This document shows, one piece after another, positions 1 to 9,176 of a stretch of DNA of 64,000 bases. The first letter of the stretch is position 1. Each line of letters begins with the position of its first letter. The notes under the pieces are model-generated. The model was not told where the DNA came from. It ran no database searches and worked only from the letters and a program-made list of their open reading frames with translations. A program made the translations under genes and the position numbers. The stretch is from Bacteroidales bacterium (GTDB lineage Bacteria; Bacteroidota; Bacteroidia; Bacteroidales; WCHB1-69): contig JAFZWE010000006.1 in NCBI GenBank assembly GCA_017617445.1, positions 2,246 to 66,245 of the forward strand. The letters are read 5' to 3'.

Positions 1-469
1 TAACCTTCAGGAACGGCGGGAAGGAGATCTCGTCGTCCATCGAGACATGCTCGATTTCGAGCAGGTGATGCGGCCGGGGAGGTTCTAAGAAGGTATCCAA
101 TTCCAAGTAGCGGCCATCCCACTCGAAGCATTGTCGGCGTTTGTGGATGGGGCGCTTGGCGGGGTTGGCCTCGGCGAGCAGGGTCTCATACTCCGCTTGG
201 GAGATCTCCCGCTCGATTTCCACGCGCTCGTTGACTGACACGAAGCGCTTGGTGGTCAGGAAATAGACGGTCTGACCGTTCTCTTCTCGCTTGCGGACGC
301 GCGGCTCCAGCCCGTCCTTCTCCTTCAGGTAGGTTTGGGTGATCTCGAACTCGCGGCATTCGGGCAGTTCGCCCACGATTTCCACGAGGAATTTCCGTTC
401 GGCCTCGATGGGGTCAGCAGGAGTGTTGCTGACTTCTTCTGATTTGTCGTATAATCCGGTGTTGTTCAT
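1..469 (-). CDS. CYTH-domain protein (runs off the left edge; absent from the ORF track)
   Basis: Manual translation from ATG at 469: MNNTGLYDKSEEVSNTPADPIEAERKFLVEIVGELPECREFEITQTYL...RVRKR...IHKRRQCFEWDGRYLELDTF...FPPFLKV. EXERKF motif typical of CYTH/triphosphate tunnel proteins; no stop before position 1. Confidence 0.8.
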   Translation of the reverse strand, partial: MNNTGLYDKSEEVSNTPADPIEAERKFLVEIVGELPECREFEITQTYLKEKDGLEPRVRKREENGQTVYFLTTKRFVSVNERVEIEREISQAEYETLLAEANPAKRPIHKRRQCFEWDGRYLELDTFLEPPRPHHLLEIEHVSMDDEISFPPFLKV

Positions 470-488
470 TTTGTTGCTGTTTTTTGAC

Positions 489-517
489 CCTCAATCCGTG
501 TCGGGCGCAACTTTTAT
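489..517. repeat. Direct repeat copy 1 (cctcaatccgtgtcgggcgcaacttttat)
   Basis: Matches 1913-1942 with 2 mismatches and 1 indel; the 13-bp core tgtcgggcgcaac is identical. Confidence 0.85.
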
Positions 518-529
518 CGGGTTCATTTA

Positions 530-1774
530 CTAAAACTTAGAGACTGGCACAAGGCTTATCTGGTAACCATCTTTCTCTATCGTACGTTCATCATGGTTCG
601 TCACAATGACAAGGTTGTTGCATTTCAACTCTCCGGCACACTCGACCAAACTGTCAACCTCGCGTTTCTCGGTTTTGGGGCTGCTTATGTCGTAACAAAC
701 CTGAACGAGCTGCTCAATTTGAGTTCCCCTTCGTAGGACGAAATCGACCTCCTTGTCATTACGCGAACGATAATAGAACATCGTCTTATCGGTATCGTAG
801 CCACGACGTATGAGTTCGATGAACACCTGGTTTTCAAGCAATCGTCCGAGATTGTCGCTCAAAGCGAAAGACTTGGCTGCTACAAAGCCATTATCCACCA
901 CATAGACCTTTCGAGGGGCCTTCTTCATCAATTTCAGCTTACTATTGTAACGGGGCAGATAATAAAACAGGTATGGTTCATGCAGATAGTCCATGAACTT
1001 CTTGGTGGTATTGACGCTTGAGAAGCCTAACTCCTCCGTCAATTCATTGGCACTGACTGGATTGCAGAAGTTGGAGACAAGGTACATGGCGAGATTGTTC
1101 AAGTCTGTTACATTACGTACATGATGCCGTTTAGCCACATCCTTCCACACAATGGAGTCAAACAACGTGTCAAGATAACTACGGGTCAATGGACGTGTAG
1201 CCACCACCTCTGGATAGCCGCCATTCCTCATATAATCATCCGTCAGTATTGCGGCTTCGGTTTTCTGTTCCGGCTCCAATTTGTGCAGGTCAAGTTGATG
1301 CCAGTCGAAAAACTCCTCCAGACTGAACGGCAGCATTTCCACCTGAAGATACTTGCCTGTCAGCGCTGTGGCCATCTCGCTGCTGAGCATCTTGGCATTG
1401 CTGCCCGTGATGACAAGGTTCTTGCCCATCCTGTAAAGTTCACTGACCCACAAATCCCATACATCAAGGTTCTGCACTTCGTCGAGCAGGATATATTCAT
1501 AATCTGGATAGACGTCATCCAGCATCCGCATGATCAGGTTCGCATCCCAAGCATCCAACAACGGCTGACTGTCGAAGTTCAAATAGGCAAAGTTTTTGTT
1601 ACGCAACATCAGCAGAGCCTGCGTGGATTTGCCCACACGCCGAGGTCCGGTAATCAATTTGATGAGGTGGCTGCCCAGCAACAGGTCTGTATCTTGATTG
1701 CCTCGTCGCATCAGGTAAGGACGCGACATCAGATTGTCGCGTTCCTTTTTTTGGTTGAGGATAACCGTCTTCAT
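530..1774 (-). CDS. AAA_14 family ATPase with C-terminal DUF4143 domain
   Basis: Walker A GPRRVGKS, Walker B ILLDEVQ, TGSN, GGYPE, C-terminal EVDFVL...VQV. Start set at MKTVIL (1774) because a -7 box lies at 1798-1805. Confidence 0.9.
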   Translation of the reverse strand: MKTVILNQKKERDNLMSRPYLMRRGNQDTDLLLGSHLIKLITGPRRVGKSTQALLMLRNKNFAYLNFDSQPLLDAWDANLIMRMLDDVYPDYEYILLDEVQNLDVWDLWVSELYRMGKNLVITGSNAKMLSSEMATALTGKYLQVEMLPFSLEEFFDWHQLDLHKLEPEQKTEAAILTDDYMRNGGYPEVVATRPLTRSYLDTLFDSIVWKDVAKRHHVRNVTDLNNLAMYLVSNFCNPVSANELTEELGFSSVNTTKKFMDYLHEPYLFYYLPRYNSKLKLMKKAPRKVYVVDNGFVAAKSFALSDNLGRLLENQVFIELIRRGYDTDKTMFYYRSRNDKEVDFVLRRGTQIEQLVQVCYDISSPKTEKREVDSLVECAGELKCNNLVIVTNHDERTIEKDGYQISLVPVSKF

Positions 1775-1797
1775 TTTTTGTTTCTTTATTGGGTCGG

Positions 1798-1805
1798 CAA
1801 AGATA
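1798..1805 (-). promoter_or_regulatory. Bacteroidota -7 promoter box (TATCTTTG) for the ATPase
   Basis: TAnnTTTG consensus 24 nt upstream of ATG 1774. Confidence 0.6.
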
Positions 1806-1821
1806 CGTTTTTTTTCAATCC

Positions 1822-1870
1822 ATAAAGTATATTGCATAAAAAATATGCTTTTTTATGCAATATACTTTAT
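1822..1870. repeat. Perfect 22-bp inverted repeat with 5-nt loop
   Basis: ataaagtatattgcataaaaaa-tatgc-ttttttatgcaatatactttat. Confidence 0.9.
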
Positions 1871-1912
1871 TTATGGTGTAAAACAAGGCAACATCATTGC
1901 TGTCTTTAGAGT

Positions 1913-1942
1913 CCTCAATTCTTGTCGGGCGCAACCTTTTAT
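1913..1942. repeat. Direct repeat copy 2 (cctcaattcttgtcgggcgcaaccttttat)
   Basis: Near-identical to 489-517 and in the same orientation. Confidence 0.85.
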
Positions 1943-1963
1943 GAATTGAAAATTTTCAACCTG

Positions 1964-1971
1964 CAAATTTA
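1964..1971 (-). promoter_or_regulatory. -7 promoter box (TAAATTTG) firing leftward into repeat copy 2
   Basis: TAnnTTTG consensus, back-to-back with the + strand box at 2011-2018. Confidence 0.55.
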
Positions 1972-2010
1972 CACTTTTTATCCCAATTTTTAGGTGTCTG
2001 ATGTTTTTAT

Positions 2011-2018
2011 TATTTTTG
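2011..2018 (+). promoter_or_regulatory. -7 promoter box (TATTTTTG) for the serpin-like gene
   Basis: Consensus 15 nt upstream of ATG 2034. Confidence 0.6.
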
Positions 2019-2033
2019 CCGAAAATTTTAAAT

Positions 2034-3107
2034 ATGAGAAACTTCAGTCGTTTTATAGGGATTGCTTTGGGAATTTCCTTCTCAATTGCGCTGGCAAGTT
2101 GTGCGAGTGGCGAAGACCCATCCAGTACCTCCTCTCAGAAAGCGGAATCCACTGTTGCTGAGGATACTTTCCACTATGAGGACAATGCAGCAGAGTTCGG
2201 GGGTACGGTGTTGGTGCCCACGATGGAACATCGTATCTCGAAGGACAGCAATGCCGTGTATTGCGCCACCATGCTCTATGCGTGGGACAAGGCGCGGGAA
2301 ATCTTTCAGGAGCCAATAGTCATTCCATTGCAATACCGTGACCTGCAGCTGTTGAATGCGTCAACTTCCCACAAAAATACCCTGAGCCCCAGCGAATATA
2401 TGGCCGAGGGCATTGCCAAGGGCAACAGCGTTGTCGTCCGCTCCCGTTTCGAAAAGAACCTTCCTTTTGATGTGCAATTCAACACTTTCGACAACCGTTT
2501 GAAATTCAATGGGAAAACTGTGCCTGCTTTTGGAAAGGCCGGAAACTGGGGCAGTGAGTGCCAGGATCAGATCAAGATTCTTTACTATCAGAACGACCGG
2601 CATTTTCTGGTCAAACTCATTCCGGAGGATAAGAAGCACGAAATTCTTCTCTATATGCCCGACCATGCTTTCAGCACTTTTTCAGAGATGCAGCAGAAGG
2701 TGAGCCAGTTGATTGAGCAGGGAAGAAAAGAGCAAAAGATGGAGGATTCGAAGTGGAAATACAAGTTCTCAGTGGGAGAGGATGAGTTGCTCATCCCCAA
2801 ATTCGACTTTGATATCAGCACCGTTTACCATTCGTTGCTGGGTAGTCATTTCACTGTCGGCCAGCATGACTGGACGATAGGGAAGGCATGGCAGCAGGTG
2901 GCATTCCACCTGGATGAGAACGGTGCCGCCGTAAAGAGTGAGGCAGTCATTGAATACTATTTGGGAATTGAGGATACTCCAGAGCGCCCACAGCCCAAAA
3001 AGATGATTTTTGACCGTCCGTTCTATGTGTTGCTGAAGCGCGCGGATGCCTCCCAACCGTATTTCGTGCTGTGGGTAGCCAATACTGAATTGATGGTGAA
3101 GGAATAG
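2034..3107 (+). CDS. Serpin-like lipoprotein
   Basis: Lipobox LASC; C-terminal LLIPKFDF...QVAFHLDENGA...MIFDRPFYVLLK...PYFVLWV resembles the serpin s5A/hinge/FDRPF signature. Confidence 0.6.
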   Translation: MRNFSRFIGIALGISFSIALASCASGEDPSSTSSQKAESTVAEDTFHYEDNAAEFGGTVLVPTMEHRISKDSNAVYCATMLYAWDKAREIFQEPIVIPLQYRDLQLLNASTSHKNTLSPSEYMAEGIAKGNSVVVRSRFEKNLPFDVQFNTFDNRLKFNGKTVPAFGKAGNWGSECQDQIKILYYQNDRHFLVKLIPEDKKHEILLYMPDHAFSTFSEMQQKVSQLIEQGRKEQKMEDSKWKYKFSVGEDELLIPKFDFDISTVYHSLLGSHFTVGQHDWTIGKAWQQVAFHLDENGAAVKSEAVIEYYLGIEDTPERPQPKKMIFDRPFYVLLKRADASQPYFVLWVANTELMVKE

Positions 3108-3111
3108 ACTT

Positions 3112-3175
3112 TCAGCCCCTCAGTTTTCACCTTTCAATTCTCAACTCTCAATTCTCAACTCTCAATTCTCAATTC
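3112..3175. repeat. Heptamer tandem repeat (TCAAYTC)6 plus 3 degenerate units
   Basis: tcaattc tcaactc tcaattc tcaactc tcaattc tcaattc at 3134-3175, preceded by tcagccc(c), tcagttt, tcacctt. Confidence 0.9.
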
Positions 3176-4449
3176 TCTCTGTTCGAGTAGTAGTTGAACA
3201 TGTCGTTGAGCACTTTGGTGCAGACGGGGCAGAAGTTGTTGTAGATAATCTCTTTCATGGTGCAATGCTGCCAGGGGCGGTAAACGCCTTCTGCCTGGTA
3301 GCCGCCGCCCTCATAAACGCCCAGCGTCTCCTTGTAGTGGGAAGTGGCCGGTGTGGGCACCGGTGTATTGGGGTCAAGCATGGATTTCCATTTCGAGCCG
3401 AAATCCACAAGCGTGGTCAGGTTGGGTTCCACGGGTTCCACATCCGTAGGGTAGTAATCCGTCACGCCCACTTCCGAAGTGTAGTATTCATCGGCCAGTC
3501 CGCCGATGGAATGACCCATCTCATGCACAATCACGAAATTCGCTTCGGGAGCCGCGCTGCACACTGTGGCATAGAAGTTGTAGATGCCCCCGCCGCCATA
3601 CTTGGTGGAGTTGGTGATGATGATGATGGCATCATACGGAGCGTCATCCGCAATATCATTCATCTTCCACACATTCAAACACATCAGATAGCGGTCCACA
3701 TCGGTCACATTGTATGTGCAGCCCAGCAGGGTGTTGCGATACACGTTGTTGTTCGGATCCGTGATGCCCGACTCTTTGGAATAGCCCTTGATGGCGCGGA
3801 TGTTGACCCGTTCCGCATTTTCCCTGTACGGGGAACAGTCCATGATGTAACTGCTGAACCGTTTGAGGTCGGACTGCATCTTGACGGATTCCTCCTTGGT
3901 ATAGCCGTCGGGAATCAGGAGGATGTCCAGACACTCTTCCGGCTTGCCCCCTCTGTGGAGTGTCATCACGCTGTAATCATCGGAGAACTCCCGGGCGGGC
4001 GAGTGCATCGGGCTGTAGCTGCCCTTATAGAGCACGGTCCCCTCCCCTCTCCGGTTGAAGGAAGTGAATGTGTAGAGGATGGTTTTCTTCGGATACGGCA
4101 CATTGATGCACTCCTCAAAAGAGCCGGTTTCCTTCAACGCCCTTTCGGTGGCGCGGTACTCGTTGAACAGGCTGGAGTAGCTGCGTGAAAAGATGGGTTC
4201 CCCGCTGATGGAGTCAAACACCTCCACAAGAATGTCGCCGTAACGGTTGGGCTCCTGCAAATACATGCGCGTGCCGCTCCACACCCCGCCGGCACGGTAC
4301 TCGTGCAGTTCAAACTTCTCGGAATTGGCATCCCCAATGTGCAAATACTCTATTCGTAAAGTTTTGTTTTCAAAATACTTGTCAAAATCTTGAGCATACA
4401 ATCCTGCCATCAAAAAGCAAGAAACAATCAGAACAACTACTTTTTTCAT
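3169..4449 (-). CDS. Peptidase M64 (IgA peptidase family) metalloprotease
   Basis: Signal peptide; HEMGHSIGGLADEY zinc motif; YEGGGY...GVYRP...CTM...FCPVC C-terminus. Confidence 0.9.
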   Translation of the reverse strand: MKKVVVLIVSCFLMAGLYAQDFDKYFENKTLRIEYLHIGDANSEKFELHEYRAGGVWSGTRMYLQEPNRYGDILVEVFDSISGEPIFSRSYSSLFNEYRATERALKETGSFEECINVPYPKKTILYTFTSFNRRGEGTVLYKGSYSPMHSPAREFSDDYSVMTLHRGGKPEECLDILLIPDGYTKEESVKMQSDLKRFSSYIMDCSPYRENAERVNIRAIKGYSKESGITDPNNNVYRNTLLGCTYNVTDVDRYLMCLNVWKMNDIADDAPYDAIIIITNSTKYGGGGIYNFYATVCSAAPEANFVIVHEMGHSIGGLADEYYTSEVGVTDYYPTDVEPVEPNLTTLVDFGSKWKSMLDPNTPVPTPATSHYKETLGVYEGGGYQAEGVYRPWQHCTMKEIIYNNFCPVCTKVLNDMFNYYSNREN

Positions 4450-4518
4450 ATGGATTAAAATTGAGCGGCAAACTTACAAATAAATACCATTATACGAATC
4501 AAATTCCCGTCAAAAAAG

Positions 4519-6183
4519 CTAACGGTTGCAGACGGCATAGGTTTTGATGCCGCCGGCCAGATTGCGCACCTGGGAGAAGCCCATCTGCATCAGGATGCGG
4601 CAGGCAATATAGCCACGCAAGCCGATCGCGCAGAACACGACGATCGGTGTTTCCGGATCCAGGTCCTCCGCGTATTCCCGGAGCTCGTCCAGTGGATAGT
4701 TCACTGCGCCCGGAATCGTTCCTGCACGGTTTTCCAACGCACTTCGCACATCAATCAACAGAAAATCAGATGGTTCTCCTGTTTCCAGCATCGCTTTCAG
4801 TTCAAACCACCGGATCGGTTGCACCTTCCCCGTCAAGATATTCTCTGCCACATAGCCGGCATTGCTGACCGGGTCTTTGGGGGCTGAGAAAGGCGGCGCA
4901 TAGGCATGGTCGAAATCCGTCAGATCGTAAACAGAGCCCCCATGGGCAATGGCCTCAGCTATCACATCCAACCGCTTGTCCACGCCTTCCCTGCCCACCA
5001 CAGCCGCGCCGAACAGGCGACCGCCCTCAGGTGCGAAGAGCAGCTTGATGGTGACCGGATGACTTCCCGGATAATAGGCGGCATGGTCTCCCGTATGGGT
5101 GACAGAGGTAAGGTATGGGATGCCGTTGCGCTCCAGCTGGCTCTCCGAAAGTCCCGTGCGACCGACACAAAGGTCAAACACGCGGGCGATGGCCGTGGCG
5201 ATGGAACCTTTATATGCGTATTTGTTCCCTTCCACAATGTTGTTGGCGCAAAAGCGTGCCTGCTTGTTGGCCGGCCCCGCCAGAAAGCAGAGCTGCGGCC
5301 GTCCCGTCAGTGGATTGCGTGTCTCCACCGCATCGCCCACAGCATAAATGTCGGGGTCTGACGTCTGCATGAAGTCGTTCACCGCAATGCCACCCAACGC
5401 ACCCATCTCCAAACCTGCCTGTTCCGCCAGCGTCACCAGCGGTTTCACTCCCACACTCACCAGCACGAAATCGGCCTCCAACACACGCCCGCTCTCCAAA
5501 TGCACCTTGTTTCCCTCCGCATCGGGCTCAAAACACACCACCCCCTCATTGACAAAAAATTCCACACCATTTTTCCGAATCTCATCCTGCACCTCCGCTG
5601 CTATTTCCCAATCCACGGAGGACATCAGATGGTCGGCCTTTTCCACCAATGTGACCGAGAGACCACGGCGGTGGAGATTTTCGGCCATTTCCAAACCGAT
5701 GAATCCGGCGCCAACGATGACGGCGCGCGCCCCACTGGGGAAGTGGGTCAAGTACTCAAAAATCGCGTCTGTATCCGGAATATCACGGAGGGTGAAAATG
5801 CCAGGGCCGTCAATTCCGGGGATAGCCGGCTTCACTGCCGTGGTGCCGGGTGCCAGCACCAGCTTGTCGTAGCTTTCCCAATACGTCTTGCCCGTGGTGC
5901 GGTTCAAGCAGCACACCTGCTTGTGTTCACGGTCAATGGAGACCACCTCCGTATTCACTCGGACATCCACATTGAAGCGGTTGCCGAAAGTGGTCGGGGT
6001 TTGCAGAATCAGGCTGTTGCGTTCCTGTATGGTGCCGCCGATATAGTACGGCAAGCCGCAGTTGGCGTATGAAATGTAGCCCCCTTTTTCAAAAATGATG
6101 ATTTCGGCCTCTTCGTCCATCCGGCGCAATCGGGCCGCAGTAGTGGCACCACCGGCCACACCTCCTACAATAAGAATTTTCAT
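4519..6183 (-). CDS. CoA-disulfide reductase-like FAD oxidoreductase with C-terminal rhodanese domain
   Basis: GGVAGG FAD motif, SYANCGLPY redox Cys, GAGFIGLE, YAPPFS, rhodanese IDVR...FCAIGLRG. Confidence 0.9.
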   Translation of the reverse strand: MKILIVGGVAGGATTAARLRRMDEEAEIIIFEKGGYISYANCGLPYYIGGTIQERNSLILQTPTTFGNRFNVDVRVNTEVVSIDREHKQVCCLNRTTGKTYWESYDKLVLAPGTTAVKPAIPGIDGPGIFTLRDIPDTDAIFEYLTHFPSGARAVIVGAGFIGLEMAENLHRRGLSVTLVEKADHLMSSVDWEIAAEVQDEIRKNGVEFFVNEGVVCFEPDAEGNKVHLESGRVLEADFVLVSVGVKPLVTLAEQAGLEMGALGGIAVNDFMQTSDPDIYAVGDAVETRNPLTGRPQLCFLAGPANKQARFCANNIVEGNKYAYKGSIATAIARVFDLCVGRTGLSESQLERNGIPYLTSVTHTGDHAAYYPGSHPVTIKLLFAPEGGRLFGAAVVGREGVDKRLDVIAEAIAHGGSVYDLTDFDHAYAPPFSAPKDPVSNAGYVAENILTGKVQPIRWFELKAMLETGEPSDFLLIDVRSALENRAGTIPGAVNYPLDELREYAEDLDPETPIVVFCAIGLRGYIACRILMQMGFSQVRNLAGGIKTYAVCNR

Positions 6184-6217
6184 ATTTGATTAAATTTCAA
6201 TTATTTGACAAAAACAA

Positions 6218-6829
6218 TCAGGAAGGCAAAAATAGCAATTTCCCGGCAATGTCTGCAGCTTCCACCCAAAAACGGTACGGAAGCAGTGCGTCCTGACCGG
6301 CATAATCCACCCCGATGCGAGGTCCGCACTTCACGCAATCCCTCGGAACTTGCAGGCCGCGATCTTCCACCCAAAGGGTATCGGAATCCAAGGGCATCCC
6401 ATTCTGTTCCATATTGATACCCAGTATCTTGCACACTTTTCCAGGGCCCTTGCCGAGCGCGGGGGAAGACTGGCGTTTTCCAGACCGTTGGAGCATCAGT
6501 TCCTCCCCGTGTGTAGGAAAGAGGGCACGGATCAGGACAGCGTCAGGGAGATCCTGCGCGTTGGTCACAAAATTGAGCATGTGGTGCATTCCATAGCAAA
6601 GGTACACATAGGCCACCCCGCCCGCAGCATACATCATCTCGTTGCGTTTCGTGCGCCGGCCGCCGAAAGCGTGGGAGGCGCGGTCGCCCATGCCGTTATA
6701 GGCCTCGGTTTCCGTGATGATCCCACCAGACAGCTGTCCGCCAATCTGGGTGAAAACAAACTTGCCCAACAGGTTTTCCGCCAAGGCCACCACATCATCT
6801 TGCAAATAAAAAGAGAGCGGCAATTTCAT
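6218..6829 (-). CDS. mpg: DNA-3-methyladenine glycosylase (MPG family)
   Basis: ITETEAY, YVYLCYGMHHMLNFVT, AVLIRA, GPGK, GPRIGV, LPYRF. Confidence 0.92.
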   Translation of the reverse strand: MKLPLSFYLQDDVVALAENLLGKFVFTQIGGQLSGGIITETEAYNGMGDRASHAFGGRRTKRNEMMYAAGGVAYVYLCYGMHHMLNFVTNAQDLPDAVLIRALFPTHGEELMLQRSGKRQSSPALGKGPGKVCKILGINMEQNGMPLDSDTLWVEDRGLQVPRDCVKCGPRIGVDYAGQDALLPYRFWVEAADIAGKLLFLPS

Positions 6830-6852
6830 AAAAACACACTTTATAATAAAAA

Positions 6853-6888
6853 GTTAGGAGTTGAGAGCCCCTGCCCGCAACTCCTAAC
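6853..6888 (-). terminator. Intrinsic terminator downstream of gap
   Basis: 11-bp stem gttaggagttg/caactcctaac with an A-run on its left (U-tail on the minus strand). Confidence 0.7.
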
Positions 6889-6911
6889 CCGCGTCATAGC
6901 CTGACGACCTG

Positions 6912-7928
<1,017 letters not shown>

Positions 7929-8132
7929 TTATTTAAATTGATTGATATTAGTAAATGGGTTAAAATTTCCGGATTCATTTCTCCGATGCAAAGAAACTTT
8001 TCCGCTGGCATAAACGCATTTTTTTTCAAAATATTACCCGAAAAAAGAATTTGTCTTTATCTTTATAACAAACTCATTTAAAATACTTTATAAAAAGCAT
8101 CCTTCATTATTCCTCCCGATGTCCGATTTTAT

Positions 8133-8140
8133 TATTTTTG
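8133..8140 (+). promoter_or_regulatory. -7 promoter box for lplA
   Basis: TATTTTTG followed by cagcc. Confidence 0.55.
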
Positions 8141-8204
8141 CAGCCATTAAAAAAGGTTCATCAAAAACAATCATTTCAACCATAACTTTTTATTATTCAA
8201 TTAG

Positions 8205-9176
8205 ATGAAATGCATTCTCAATTCCAATACCGATCCCTACTTCAACCTTGCCGCTGAGGAGTATGTACTGACACATTACCCTGATGATGTATTCATGCTT
8301 TGGCGGAACGACAAATCGGTCATCATAGGGAAATATCAGAATTCCGCCGCTGAGATCAACATGGATTTTGTGCGGGAAAACCATGTCAAGGTGGTGCGCC
8401 GCATGACGGGTGGAGGGGCGGTTTTCCATGATTTGGGCAATGTGAACTTCACGTTCATTGACAGCAGCGGCGAGGGAGACTTCCGCAGTTTCACCCTTCC
8501 CATTCTGCAAGTGCTCAAGCAGTTGGGGGTTCCCGCCCAATTTGAGGGGCGCAACGACCTGACCATCAACGGGCAGAAGTTTTCCGGCAACGCCCAGTGC
8601 ATCCACCATGGGAGGATACTGCACCACGGCACGTTGCTTTTCTCCTCCGAAATGTCAGACTTGACCGCTGCGCTCAACGTCAACCCGCTCAAATTCAGCG
8701 ACAAGGCCGTGAAATCCGTAAGGAAACGGGTGACCAACATCAGCGAGCACCTCCCCACCCCCATGACTGTCAGCCAATTCATTGACGCCGTGATGCAATT
8801 TGTCACAGAGCGCCATCCCGATGCCGAGCGGTACGATTTCACCGAGGAAGACCTCCGGCAGATCCGGAAGCTGCGGGATGAGAAGTATGCCACATGGGAA
8901 TGGAATTTCGGGACTTCGCCCCATTTTGACTTCAGCCAAACCATCCGCACGCCAGGGGGAAATCTGGAAGTCGGTTTGTCGGTGCGGCAGGGGCGGATTG
9001 AAGCATTGCGGATATGCGGCGACTTCTTTTCCCGTGCAGACTTGTCGGAGCTGGAGCAGGCGCTCATCGGGCAGGTGTACCACGAGGAGAAGCTGCGGCA
9101 GGTGCTCTCAAAAATAGAAATCGGCCGTTACATCTGCAATGCGACGGCCGACGATTTGCTGAAAGCCCTATTCTAA
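8205..9176 (+). CDS. lplA: Lipoate-protein ligase A
   Basis: NLAAEEY, VRRMTGGGAVFHDLGN, GRNDL, KFSGNAQ, HHGTLL, KSVRKRV, WEWNFG. Confidence 0.93.
   Translation: MKCILNSNTDPYFNLAAEEYVLTHYPDDVFMLWRNDKSVIIGKYQNSAAEINMDFVRENHVKVVRRMTGGGAVFHDLGNVNFTFIDSSGEGDFRSFTLPILQVLKQLGVPAQFEGRNDLTINGQKFSGNAQCIHHGRILHHGTLLFSSEMSDLTAALNVNPLKFSDKAVKSVRKRVTNISEHLPTPMTVSQFIDAVMQFVTERHPDAERYDFTEEDLRQIRKLRDEKYATWEWNFGTSPHFDFSQTIRTPGGNLEVGLSVRQGRIEALRICGDFFSRADLSELEQALIGQVYHEEKLRQVLSKIEIGRYICNATADDLLKALF

Noticed and set aside
3112-3175. CRISPR array
   Set aside because: 7-bp tandem units with no spacers, and no cas genes.
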